32,000 nt of DNA from an uncultured Lentisphaeria bacterium (GTDB lineage Bacteria; Verrucomicrobiota; Lentisphaeria; JABSQK01; JAJFLO01), in contig OX638337.1 of assembly GCA_951812855.1 (NCBI GenBank), forward strand, positions 840,001-872,000. The letters are read 5' to 3'. The notes below the pieces were generated by a model, which was not told the origin of the DNA, did not search any database, and saw only the letters and a list, made by a program, of their open reading frames with translations. Of this stretch, positions 1 to 8,329 are shown piece by piece; the first letter of the stretch is position 1; every line of letters begins with the position of its first letter. Both the position numbers and the translations under genes were made by a program.

Positions 1-1076
1 CCACCGATGATCCTGAGCAGAAGGATCTAAACATAAAAGTAAATGAAAAATTAACAGGCCAACTACTATTTGGTGCAGGCTTTTCAAGTACAGATTCAAT
101 ATTGGGTACCATCGAGATTGCTCAGTCAAATTTTGATATCAAAAATTATCCCACATTTAAAGGTGGTGGTCAACGATTCAGACTGCGTGCGAAGCTTGGA
201 TCATCACGAAGGGATTTTGTTTTATCCTTTACAGAACCCTGGTTAAATGACAAACCTCTACGTCTTGATTATGAATTATGGCGCCGAGAAACATCGAGTA
301 ACAGAAATTATGATCAAGACAGTTCAGGAACAAGTGTTAATATTACGCGAAAGTTAAAAAAACGTTTCTGGCGTCAATCATTTGGATACAGACTTGAAGA
401 TATAGATATTAACGACATCGATTTGGATTTCAGCAATGAATTCCTTAGAAAAGAAGAAGGCAGTGAGCTCGTCAGTGCACTGACCCTGGGGTTTATTCGG
501 GACCGCCGTGATAGAGTAATTCTAACATCCAGCGGATCAAGATTATCGATTCGAACAGAATTGCAGAGTGAAGTTATCGGCAGTTATACAAATCTATACA
601 AATTAATTGCCACCGGGGATAAATACATTCCAATTTTCAAGCAAACCGTATTAAAACTTTCGGGTGAAATCGCTCAGGCAGTACGTGTTTCAGGGAATCA
701 AATTAGAATTTTTGATCGTTATTTTGCTGGTGGGGCAAATTCCATCCGCGGTTTTAAGGAACGGGACGCCGGTCCTGTTGATTCGGCCAATGGAGAACCT
801 GTCGGGGGACGCTCTATGATGCTTGCTTCAGCAGAAATGACAGGTCCAATCTACGAAGAAACTATTTTTTGGAGCCTGTTTGTTGATTCGGGAAGTGTAT
901 GGGAAAAATCAGCAGGTTGGAATTTTTCAGAATTAAATGTTGGGTTAGGTGCAGGACTAAGATTATTCCTCCCCATTGGTGCAATTCAATTAGACTATGG
1001 CTGGCCGGTTGTACGTGAATTCGATCACCTCCGAAACGGTGGCAGATTTCATTTTAACCTGGGTTACAATTTCTAG
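1..1076 (+). CDS. bamA: Outer-membrane protein assembly factor BamA (Omp85/D15 family), C-terminal beta-barrel part; the 5' end lies outside the window
   Basis: The frame starting at nt 3 is open from the window edge (TDDPEQKDLNIKVNEKLTGQLLFGAGFSSTDS...) and runs into the listed ORF 102..1076. It contains the Omp85 barrel hallmark FAGGANSIRGF and ends in an aromatic residue (...HFNLGYNF). TAG stop at 1074-1076. Confidence 0.9.
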   Translation, partial: TDDPEQKDLNIKVNEKLTGQLLFGAGFSSTDSILGTIEIAQSNFDIKNYPTFKGGGQRFRLRAKLGSSRRDFVLSFTEPWLNDKPLRLDYELWRRETSSNRNYDQDSSGTSVNITRKLKKRFWRQSFGYRLEDIDINDIDLDFSNEFLRKEEGSELVSALTLGFIRDRRDRVILTSSGSRLSIRTELQSEVIGSYTNLYKLIATGDKYIPIFKQTVLKLSGEIAQAVRVSGNQIRIFDRYFAGGANSIRGFKERDAGPVDSANGEPVGGRSMMLASAEMTGPIYEETIFWSLFVDSGSVWEKSAGWNFSELNVGLGAGLRLFLPIGAIQLDYGWPVVREFDHLRNGGRFHFNLGYNF

Positions 1077-1124
1077 ATGTTTATTAAAATTAGAAATAAC
1101 CCGTATCAATTAAAAAATCCTGGA

Positions 1125-1832
1125 CTAATAAAGAGTATTCTTTAACGTCGTCTCACTGCCAGCCGTAGAATTTTCAGTTTCTTCCCGATATTTTGCATAA
1201 AAATCTTCCGGGAGATAAATCAATCGAAAACCTGTGTATAAAACACGTTTATCAGATGGGTTTTCATAACATCTTGCATTGCAGTTACAATGTTTCTCTT
1301 CATTAATACAAGATCCACCTCGAATAATATGAGCTTCTCCAATATCATCGAGACACCATTCCCGGACATTACCAATTAAATCAGCACATCCATAAAGACT
1401 GACATTTAATGGATGTGTGCCAACAAAGCCTGCTTATGAACGCCTGGCAGTAAATGACCTCTTATCTCCATCTGCTTTTGGCAAGTTATTACCCCGGGGA
1501 TAAATTCTGCCGGCCGGTCCACGGGCTGCTATTTCCCACTCTTTTTCCGACGGAAAGCTGTAATATTCTCCTGTGACAGAGCGTGACCAACGAGCATAAG
1601 CTTTCGCATTTTGCCAGCTAATTGGTGTTGCCGGACAATCCGGTTTTGGCGGCAGTTGTTCCATAATATCAAATAGATCATAGTCGTAACTGGAATCAGC
1701 TGCAAACTGTTTGAATTGCTTAACGGTAATTGGATCGTTGACCATATAAAACAAAGCTGGAATTTTACTCGGTACTCGATCTTTTCCATAAAGGAAAGTA
1801 CTATCGGGTATGTAACAATATTCATGACTCAT
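1125..1832 (-). pseudogene. Formylglycine-generating-enzyme (FGE/SUMF1) domain protein interrupted by a single in-frame TAA
   Basis: Listed ORF 1434..1832 (MSHEYCYIPDSTFLYGKD...PISWQNAKAYARWS...EKEWEIAARG) stops at TAA (1434-1436). The same frame then continues open for 102 more codons to TAG at 1125-1127: AGFVGTHPLNVSLYGCADLIGNVREWCLDDIGEAHIIRGGSC...VLYTGFRLIY. These carry the C-terminal FGE-domain motifs (GNVxEW, RGGS, GFR), so the domain spans the stop. Confidence 0.75.
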
Positions 1833-1857
1833 TCAAATAAATTTTTTAATTAATTAA

Positions 1858-2133
1858 GGTTCAAGACAACTTAAGTTGTATAATTATTAACACAATCTAC
1901 TGTTTTTTGATGAGTAACAAGTATACAATTCACTCCCGAATTTCGAATAAGAAATTTAGGCAGATTGTTAAGTACTATTCGTTGGATATTGAAGCGGATA
2001 AAATTGCTGAAAGAAACAGTATAAATAAGATACTTAAAGCCATTAGACATCGTATCGCTGAAGTTGGTGAAACTGAGATTGACGAAAGCTGTTAAAAATT
2101 ATTGGAAAATCACCAATTGAGTTGTCTTGAACC
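1858..2133 (+). mobile_element. Miniature, internally deleted IS1595-family element bounded by inverted repeats
   Basis: GGTTCAAGACAACT at 1858-1871 is the exact reverse complement of AGTTGTCTTGAACC at 2120-2133 (14/14). These repeats enclose only a 62-codon transposase N-terminal fragment. The flanks are very AT-rich, and ATTTTTTAAT occurs at 1841-1850 and 2134-2143, though the left copy is not directly abutting the repeat. Confidence 0.55.
1907..2095 (+). pseudogene. Truncated IS1595-family transposase (N-terminal ~60 aa only)
   Basis: MMSNKYTIHSRISNKKFRQIVKYYSLDIEADKIAE..INKILKAIRHRIAEVGETEIDESC matches, from memory, the N-terminal HTH region of IS1595-type transposases, up to the conserved GE(I/V)E(V/I)DE(S/T)Y motif. 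The ORF stops right there, so the DDE catalytic domain is absent. Confidence 0.55.
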
Positions 2134-2271
2134 ATTTTTTAATATTTCAACAGGAAATTTTGTAGATTTTAGACCAGACGCATATTTGAGACTATGTAGT
2201 ATAGATTAATATTCTTGAGCAACTAAACATTAGAAAAATAAGAAAAACCATTAAAAATTTAGAGATAAACA

Positions 2272-3498
2272 ATGCGGAAATCTCATAGCATATTTGACCG
2301 TTTAATAAATCGGTTAGACTTATTAGATGCTAAAACCATTCAAAACTGGATGCAAAAACTTGCGAGGGAAAAAGGATTGTTAGATACAATCCTGCAGACA
2401 ATCCATGAAGGTGTTTTAATTATTGACAAAAATTTTAAGATTCAGTATGTCAACAATGCAGCAATAAACCTGGTGGGACTGCCGGACGATGTAAATGAAA
2501 ACGACAATCACAGCATTAATCGTTATATCCGCGATGTCGACTGGGACAGCTTAATATCCCCTGATCTCAAAGAATGGCATGGTGCTTCAAGACTTGAAAT
2601 CGAAGTATTTTACCCAATTCACAGATATCTTCAATTTTATTTAATCCCGTATAAAAACGAAAATGAAGATTCCAAATCAGCAGGATTAGCGACAATTATT
2701 TTAAATGATATCACGGAGTTTCGAAATAATGCAGAGTCAAAAATTGAATCCGAAAAGTTAAAAACAATGACAATGCTGGCTGCAGGTGTTGCTCATGAAA
2801 TTGGCAATCCTTTGAACAGCTTGACAATTCACCTGCAATTACTTCAGCGTATCTTAAATAAAAAGCAGAAAATGTATGAAAACAGCGAAGCTGATGAACT
2901 TCTGAAAATTTCATTACAAGAGGTTAATCGATTAGATTCAATCATTAATCGATTTTTAAAAGCACTGCGTCCGACTAAACTTGAATTAAAACCATTATCG
3001 TTAAAAGATACTATCAGCGATTCAATTACGTTCATGAAAAAAGAAATCGAAGATCGCGGAATTTTTGTTGAAGGGACGTGGCCAAAAGATACACCCACAA
3101 TTTTTGGTGATGATGTACAATTAAAACAAGTGTTTTATAATATCATAAAAAATGCCTTGCAGTCTATGCCTGAAGGTGGATTGCTGCAAGTGTCTCTTTC
3201 TGTTACTTCGGATTTTATTCAAATAACATTTACAGATAACGGCACAGGTATTGCCCCTGAAGAATTAAGTAATATCTTTAACCCTTATTATACAACTAAG
3301 GAAGACGGGTCAGGATTGGGTTTAATGATTGTTGAACGAATCATTCGAGAACACAACGGTGAACTTGGGGTTGAAAGTGATTTAGCAAAGGGAACAACCA
3401 TAAATATAAAACTGCCCCGATGGGATAAAACAACGAATTTATTGGAGCGGCCTGCACAACCTGTAAGTGTCAATAAAACCATTGATATTGATAAATAA
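2272..3498 (+). CDS. Cytoplasmic PAS-domain sensor histidine kinase (NtrB/AtoS-like)
   Basis: H-box AAGVAHEIGNPLNS, N-box YNIIKNALQSM, G1 DNGTGI, G2 GSGLGLMIVERII. The N-terminal region is PAS-like (ILQTIHEGVLIIDKNFKIQYVN). No hydrophobic TM segment. It lies directly upstream of a response regulator. Confidence 0.9.
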   Translation: MRKSHSIFDRLINRLDLLDAKTIQNWMQKLAREKGLLDTILQTIHEGVLIIDKNFKIQYVNNAAINLVGLPDDVNENDNHSINRYIRDVDWDSLISPDLKEWHGASRLEIEVFYPIHRYLQFYLIPYKNENEDSKSAGLATIILNDITEFRNNAESKIESEKLKTMTMLAAGVAHEIGNPLNSLTIHLQLLQRILNKKQKMYENSEADELLKISLQEVNRLDSIINRFLKALRPTKLELKPLSLKDTISDSITFMKKEIEDRGIFVEGTWPKDTPTIFGDDVQLKQVFYNIIKNALQSMPEGGLLQVSLSVTSDFIQITFTDNGTGIAPEELSNIFNPYYTTKEDGSGLGLMIVERIIREHNGELGVESDLAKGTTINIKLPRWDKTTNLLERPAQPVSVNKTIDIDK

Positions 3499-3602
3499 AA
3501 ATTACCGTTATTTTGAACATGAATATCAAGTAACTGCAATTCTTTATATATGAATCCAATGGCGAAGCAGTCCATTGCTGATCAGGAAATATTTAGTTTA
3601 TT

Positions 3603-4964
3603 ATGAAAAAAATAGAACTCTTAATAATTGATGATGAACGCAATACCCGGGAAGGATTAAAACGGGCACTTTCAAATAAATACGAAGTCAGTGTTGCCAG
3701 TAACGCTAAATTGGCAATTAATTATATTTTAGAGAAAAATTTTGACATTGTGTTAACCGATTTACGGATGCCTGAACTTGACGGAATGAATTTCCTGAAA
3801 CGGGTAAATTCCATGGAATCCAGGCCGATATGCATCATGCTCACAGCGTATGGTTCAATAGAAAATGCCGTTGAAGCGATGAAATATGGTGCCTATGACT
3901 TTCTTACCAAACCTGTAAATCTTGATAATCTTGAGATTGTCATTGGACGTGCTCTGGAATCAGTAAAAATCAAAAAAGAGAATATCAATCTTAAACGAGA
4001 ACTCGCCTCAAAATATGCCTTTGAAAATATTATCGGAAAGTCAACTGCAATGCAGCAGGTTTTTGATGCCTTAAAACAAATAGCACCGGCAAAATCTACC
4101 GTACTGTTAACTGGAGAAAGTGGAACGGGTAAAGAATTAGCTGCACGTGCACTGCATCAACTCAGCAATCGCTCAGATAAACCCTTCATAACCGTACACT
4201 GTGCTGCACTGTCACGAAATTTACTTGAAAGTGAATTATTCGGGCATGAAAAAGGTGCATTCACAGGTGCAGCTGAACAGAGAAAAGGACGCTTCGAATC
4301 CGCTGACGGTGGAACTGTTTTCCTGGATGAAATTGCTGAAATTGATCCCTCTATTCAGATTATTTTACTTCGAATTCTGGAAAATAAAATTTTCGAGCGG
4401 GTCGGTGGCTCAACTCCTGTCGAGGTTGATGTTCGTTTAATAGCAGCAACAAACAAGGATTTAAAAAAAATGGCCAATAAAGGAGAATTTAGAGAAGACC
4501 TTTATTATCGGTTGGATGTCTTGCAAATTCATATGCCTGCCTTATGTGAGCGAAAAGATGATATCCCCTTACTGCTAAAGTATTATTTAGATGTATCTAA
4601 TAAAGAAAATGAACGAAATATTATAAGTTTTTCTCCCCATGCTTTAGAATTGTTGATCGATTATGACTGGCCCGGGAATGTTCGCGAGTTACGCAACGCT
4701 GTTGAAAGAATGATCGTCATGGCACGAAATGAAATTATTGATATAGATGACATTCCTGTTCATATACGGTATAAAGACTCAGATAATCCACTATCACAAA
4801 TTATACCTGACAATAAAGTACTTAATATCAATGAAAACGAAAAGTTGATGATCATCAAGGCGTTGCAAAAATGTAACGGGAATAGAACTGAAGCCGCAAA
4901 GCAGCTTGGAATAAGCAGAAGAACCATCATCCGTAAAATAAAAAAATCAGGATTGGATCTTTGA
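3603..4964 (+). CDS. Sigma54-dependent response regulator (NtrC/AtoC/ZraR family)
   Basis: Receiver domain (IVLTDLRMPELDG). AAA+ sigma54-interaction domain with Walker A GESGTGKE, ESELFGHEKGAFTGA (GAFTGA motif) and Walker B VFLDEI. C-terminal Fis-type HTH (NRTEAAKQLGISRRTIIRKIKK). Confidence 0.92.
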   Translation: MKKIELLIIDDERNTREGLKRALSNKYEVSVASNAKLAINYILEKNFDIVLTDLRMPELDGMNFLKRVNSMESRPICIMLTAYGSIENAVEAMKYGAYDFLTKPVNLDNLEIVIGRALESVKIKKENINLKRELASKYAFENIIGKSTAMQQVFDALKQIAPAKSTVLLTGESGTGKELAARALHQLSNRSDKPFITVHCAALSRNLLESELFGHEKGAFTGAAEQRKGRFESADGGTVFLDEIAEIDPSIQIILLRILENKIFERVGGSTPVEVDVRLIAATNKDLKKMANKGEFREDLYYRLDVLQIHMPALCERKDDIPLLLKYYLDVSNKENERNIISFSPHALELLIDYDWPGNVRELRNAVERMIVMARNEIIDIDDIPVHIRYKDSDNPLSQIIPDNKVLNINENEKLMIIKALQKCNGNRTEAAKQLGISRRTIIRKIKKSGLDL

Positions 4965-4983
4965 TAATTATTTTCAACTTCAA

Positions 4984-4997
4984 TTGACACCTGTCAA
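4984..4997. promoter_or_regulatory. Perfect palindrome TTGACA-CC-TGTCAA, with a third TGTCA half-site at 5006-5010
   Basis: Read directly: TTGACA at 4984-4989 and TGTCAA at 4992-4997, 20 nt after the regulator stop and ~85 nt before the next gene. The 2-nt loop is too short for a hairpin terminator, so a protein-binding site is more plausible. Confidence 0.25.
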
Positions 4998-5078
4998 ACT
5001 AATTTTGTCATATAAATTCCATGCATAAAATAAGTCGATCATATATTTATACGTGGATTAGATAAACACCGGCAGTAT

Positions 5079-6611
5079 ATGAATATCAAATACTCACTAA
5101 TTAATATTTGCAACAAAATCATTGAATCCGGGTTAATTTTTTTAATCATATTCACCCCGTCAGCATTCGGTTCTGTCCACCCCTGGGCATATTCCATTAT
5201 GGGATGCATAAGCTTTTCATTGGTGATAGTATGGCTGATAAAATTAATTATTAAAAACGAAAACCAAAAATCTACGTTGAGCAGCTTCAATCTGCTACTT
5301 ATTCCTCTAGCCCTTTTTCTCGGACTCATTCTATTTCAACTAACCCCTCTTTCTCCAGGCATGTTACATATGCTGTCACCTAACACTTTTGACTTATATA
5401 AGCTTACCTTAGCTGACTATAGTTTTAGTGAAAAATCATTAGGAAATTATAGAACACTATCAATTTATCCTTACCTGACGAAGACAATGTTCTTACAACT
5501 CTTATCCTGTATTAGTATATACATAGTGATAACAAATAATTTCAGATTTAAAAAGTTTAGAAAAGGAACGCTAAGATCAGAGAGGGAAAACCAGGATCAA
5601 GATTTTTATATTGATGGCGAACGATTTATAAAAGCTATAATTTTTACTGGATTCACTGCATCATTATTAGGGTTACTACAGTATTTTTCTGGTACAGAAA
5701 AGATATACTTTTTACGAGATGCATCCTATGCGAGTCCATTTGGTCCCTATATAAATCGTAATCATTTTGCAGGTTACATAAACCTGACGATTCCTTTACT
5801 CTTAGCCTTGTTAATCTCAAATCAAAAAAACAACAGCATTTTGTATAATCAAAAAAATAACTCTCGATTTTTTATCAAAAATATGATCGTTTCTGTTGAT
5901 CCCTGGATACGGAATAATGGATTTAACTCTTTTTCGCTGGTCCTGATGATTTCATGTCTCTTCTTATCAGCTTCGAAGGGCGGGTTTCTTAGTTTTTGGA
6001 TATCGATGGCAATATTTTCAGTAATTATATTTGCAGGAAAGCGACATACAAAAATTCATATCTCTATAAAAACTATTTTAATTATATTCATATCAACTTT
6101 ATTTATGACACTGCTATGGAGTGATTTAAGGCCTGTGTTGACGCGATTTTCACAATTAAATGAATATTTAGAGACAATCGATTTAAATTACAGAACTCTT
6201 GCTTATATAGATGCCTGGAAAATGTCCAGGGATTTTCCTTTATTTGGAATTGGATTAGGCGGGTTTGAAATTCTTTTCTTCAAATATAGAAGTATGAAAG
6301 CCGCAGAAATAGCTTCAACTTCCTACAGTTCAACGCATAGTGACTATTTACAGCTGCTTACAGACACAGGGTCGCTGGGATGTATTATGATATCTATTTT
6401 TATTTTGGTATTTTTTAGCCTTGTGATAGTAAAACATCATAAGGAAAGAGATCCTTTCACTAAGTTGCTGACTGCTGGAGGATTTAGCGGAGTTATCTCA
6501 ATGTGTTGTCACAGTTTTGTTGATTTTAATATGCAAATACCTGCAAATGTTTTGCATCTATTTATAATAGTGGGTATAACTCAGATATCCTTCGCTCAAA
6601 AGATAAAATAA
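5079..6611 (+). CDS. O-antigen ligase / Wzy_C-family polytopic membrane protein
   Basis: 510 aa with ten or more hydrophobic segments. It has a late periplasmic-loop motif typical of O-antigen ligase/polymerase-like proteins (...STHSDYLQLLTDTGSLG...). An internal NQKNNS duplication is present. Confidence 0.75.
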   Translation: MNIKYSLINICNKIIESGLIFLIIFTPSAFGSVHPWAYSIMGCISFSLVIVWLIKLIIKNENQKSTLSSFNLLLIPLALFLGLILFQLTPLSPGMLHMLSPNTFDLYKLTLADYSFSEKSLGNYRTLSIYPYLTKTMFLQLLSCISIYIVITNNFRFKKFRKGTLRSERENQDQDFYIDGERFIKAIIFTGFTASLLGLLQYFSGTEKIYFLRDASYASPFGPYINRNHFAGYINLTIPLLLALLISNQKNNSILYNQKNNSRFFIKNMIVSVDPWIRNNGFNSFSLVLMISCLFLSASKGGFLSFWISMAIFSVIIFAGKRHTKIHISIKTILIIFISTLFMTLLWSDLRPVLTRFSQLNEYLETIDLNYRTLAYIDAWKMSRDFPLFGIGLGGFEILFFKYRSMKAAEIASTSYSSTHSDYLQLLTDTGSLGCIMISIFILVFFSLVIVKHHKERDPFTKLLTAGGFSGVISMCCHSFVDFNMQIPANVLHLFIIVGITQISFAQKIK

Positions 6612-6735
6612 AACCCGTGTAATAATAGGTACCTTTCTCAAACTCCAATTTAAAAATCTTTCTCTTAAAAGAGGAATAAACAGAATTTTTTCAATCAATC
6701 AAGGCTGAATTTGTGAATACATCTTCTCAAGTTGA

Positions 6736-7185
6736 CCTTTTAACAGAGAAGCAAAAATCACAGATGACGAATTATCTATCTTGCTGACACTATCTGAGGA
6801 ATTAAACGCGAAAAAGGACAAGATTGATATTCTTAAAAATTTGGGTAACAACGAGTTGATTTTGATTGAATGTAAAACGGTAAAATAAAGTGGATACAAC
6901 AAATTCAGTTCGGTTTCGACACAAATGAAATCATATCCCGGACTTGCCAAAGAAAAAGACTGCTAAATCATTAAATTCTTATTAATTGCCCCGGATTTCA
7001 GTGATGACTTTATCAATGATACTGAACTTGAATATGATCTGAATCTGTCCCTAATTACAGCTTCTTCTCTAATCAAGATACTTGAAGGATTAAAAAATTC
7101 TAAGAAGCGTAAACAGTTTTACAAACTATTAATAAGGGATGCGTTGATCAAAGAGGATAGAATTATTAAGGCAATCCGAAGATAG
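6736..7185 (+). pseudogene. PD-(D/E)XK (restriction-endonuclease-like) nuclease remnant with two in-frame TAA stops
   Basis: A single frame reads ...ITDDELSILLTLSEELNAKKDKIDILKNLGNNELILIECKTVK*SGYNKFSSVSTQMKSYPGLAKEKDC*IIKFLLIAPDFSDDFINDTELEYDLNLSLITASSLIKILEGLKNSKK...AIRR*. Stops are at 6886-6888 and 6964-6966, and the frame ends at TAG 7183-7185. The D-x14-ExK arrangement (IDIL...IECK) is the PD-(D/E)XK signature. An upstream frame (about 6670-6735) may hold more of the gene after a frameshift. Confidence 0.55.
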
Positions 7186-7519
7186 AAACCGAGTCCTTAG
7201 AAATGACTAAGAATCAATATCGCCCTGCCGGACTGCAAAGCATCTTAGTCTTACCTTTAAAAAATACATAACCATGAGTCTAGTTAAATTAACCTATAAT
7301 TGATTTTTGATTATCAATCTCGAAAAATTATTAATAAATTAGAATTACCTTCTTCAGTTCAAATAAATGGGCCAAGATGTACCATAGGCCTTTTAACATT
7401 GTCGATGAAATATTCTATGGTATTTGGATGATTGTCACATATATCGTTGCCATAACCCGTCCTTTAAGAAATGGTAATAATACGGATATTTGTAAAAATT
7501 AAAATTTTAAAATATTGCT

Positions 7520-7541
7520 ATATGGTTTAATATAACCATAT
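7520..7541. promoter_or_regulatory. 8-6-8 perfect inverted repeat overlapping the antitoxin start codon (candidate autoregulatory operator or RBS-sequestering hairpin)
   Basis: ATATGGTT (7520-7527), spacer TAATAT, AACCATAT (7534-7541). The ATG of the 7540 ORF lies inside the right arm. Confidence 0.4.
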
Positions 7542-7803
7542 GAAAACAACAATAGATATTTCTGACAATATTTTACTTCGTGCTAAAGATTTGGCTAAAA
7601 AAGAAAATATTACCTTCAAAGAACTCACAGAAGAGGGATTGGAACACATCTTAAAGGACCGAATTACCAGAAAAAAAGTAAAAGTAAAACCAATCTTATT
7701 TTCTGGAAAAGGTCTATCTCCTGAGTATCAGGATAAATCATGGAATGATATCCGCAAAACTGTATATGACGGCAATTCCGCTGAGCTCCATTGCCGCCGG
7801 TGA
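7540..7803 (+). CDS. VapB-family type II antitoxin, orphan (no PIN/VapC gene follows)
   Basis: MKTTIDISDNILLRAKDLAKKENITFKELTEEGLEHILK...GKGLSPEYQDKSWNDIRKTVYDG follows the MxTT(I/L)DIDDxLLxxAK...ALVExALRxxL...IRxxIYEG pattern of VapB-type antitoxins. The last 9 codons (SAELHCRR) are GC-rich and atypical. No ORF with an (I/L)xDTN PIN start follows. Confidence 0.75.
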   Translation: MKTTIDISDNILLRAKDLAKKENITFKELTEEGLEHILKDRITRKKVKVKPILFSGKGLSPEYQDKSWNDIRKTVYDGNSAELHCRR

Positions 7804-7839
7804 GCTTGGTCGTTATGTTTCAATGAGGACAACCAATAA

Positions 7840-8148
7840 ATGGAAAATAAACAAGAAAAATTTATTAGAGTTGCAGAGAAAAGAACTTCAGAACTTATTA
7901 ACAAAATAAGAGTACTATCAAAATGCTCTGACAATCATTCCTATGGTTATACAGCAGTTCAAATTGATGAGATATTTAATGCTATAGAGAAAGAGTTGCA
8001 ACAATGTAGAATAATGTTTGACTCTGGGGAAAGTGCTCGAACAGCATTATTTTTCTTTAGTTCTAAAGCAAAATTACCAAGCGATGATTCTGGGGCTAGA
8101 GCATTTGACGAAGAGGAAGCATCAAATAATGAAAGTTCAACAACATAA
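7840..8148 (+). CDS. Hypothetical small helical protein with an acidic/Ser-rich tail
   Basis: 102-codon ORF starting 36 nt after the antitoxin. The N-terminal half (EKFIRVAEKRTSELINKIRVLSKCSD...IDEIFNAIEKELQQC) resembles small uncharacterised proteins I recall from mobile regions. I recognise no functional motif. Confidence 0.45.
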   Translation: MENKQEKFIRVAEKRTSELINKIRVLSKCSDNHSYGYTAVQIDEIFNAIEKELQQCRIMFDSGESARTALFFFSSKAKLPSDDSGARAFDEEEASNNESSTT

Positions 8149-8308
8149 CAAATCATTTCTGCCGACCGCGATTTTTCCCGATACAGTAAGCTGAAAGTAG
8201 TCAATCCGCTGCTGACATAATTTCAGTATCGGATCAAGAATTTTAATCGTATCGAATTATTTCAAAGAGTTTGGTTTTGAATTTCGTCCTGCTTCAATTG
8301 GAAAATTG

Positions 8309-8329
8309 TATCCCCTATCCCCTATCCCC
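8309..8329. repeat. Heptamer microsatellite (TATCCCC)x3
   Basis: Read directly: tatcccc tatcccc tatcccc, followed by a partial tat (to 8332). It is intergenic. Confidence 0.9.

Noticed and set aside
1434-1436. The possibility that in-frame TAA codons reflect genetic-code reassignment or programmed readthrough.
   Set aside because: TAA, TAG and TGA are all used as terminators of intact, motif-complete genes in this window. Examples are TAA at 3498, 6611 and 12571, TAG at 1076, 10915 and 11989, and TGA at 4964. Simple nonsense mutations explain the data.
8188-8244. An interrupted inverted repeat, CCGATAC...CTGAAA / TTTCAGTATCGG, downstream of the 7840 ORF, considered as a terminator or sRNA.
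   Set aside because: The stem is bulged, the loop is large (about 24 nt) and no T-tract follows. That is not enough to support a feature call.
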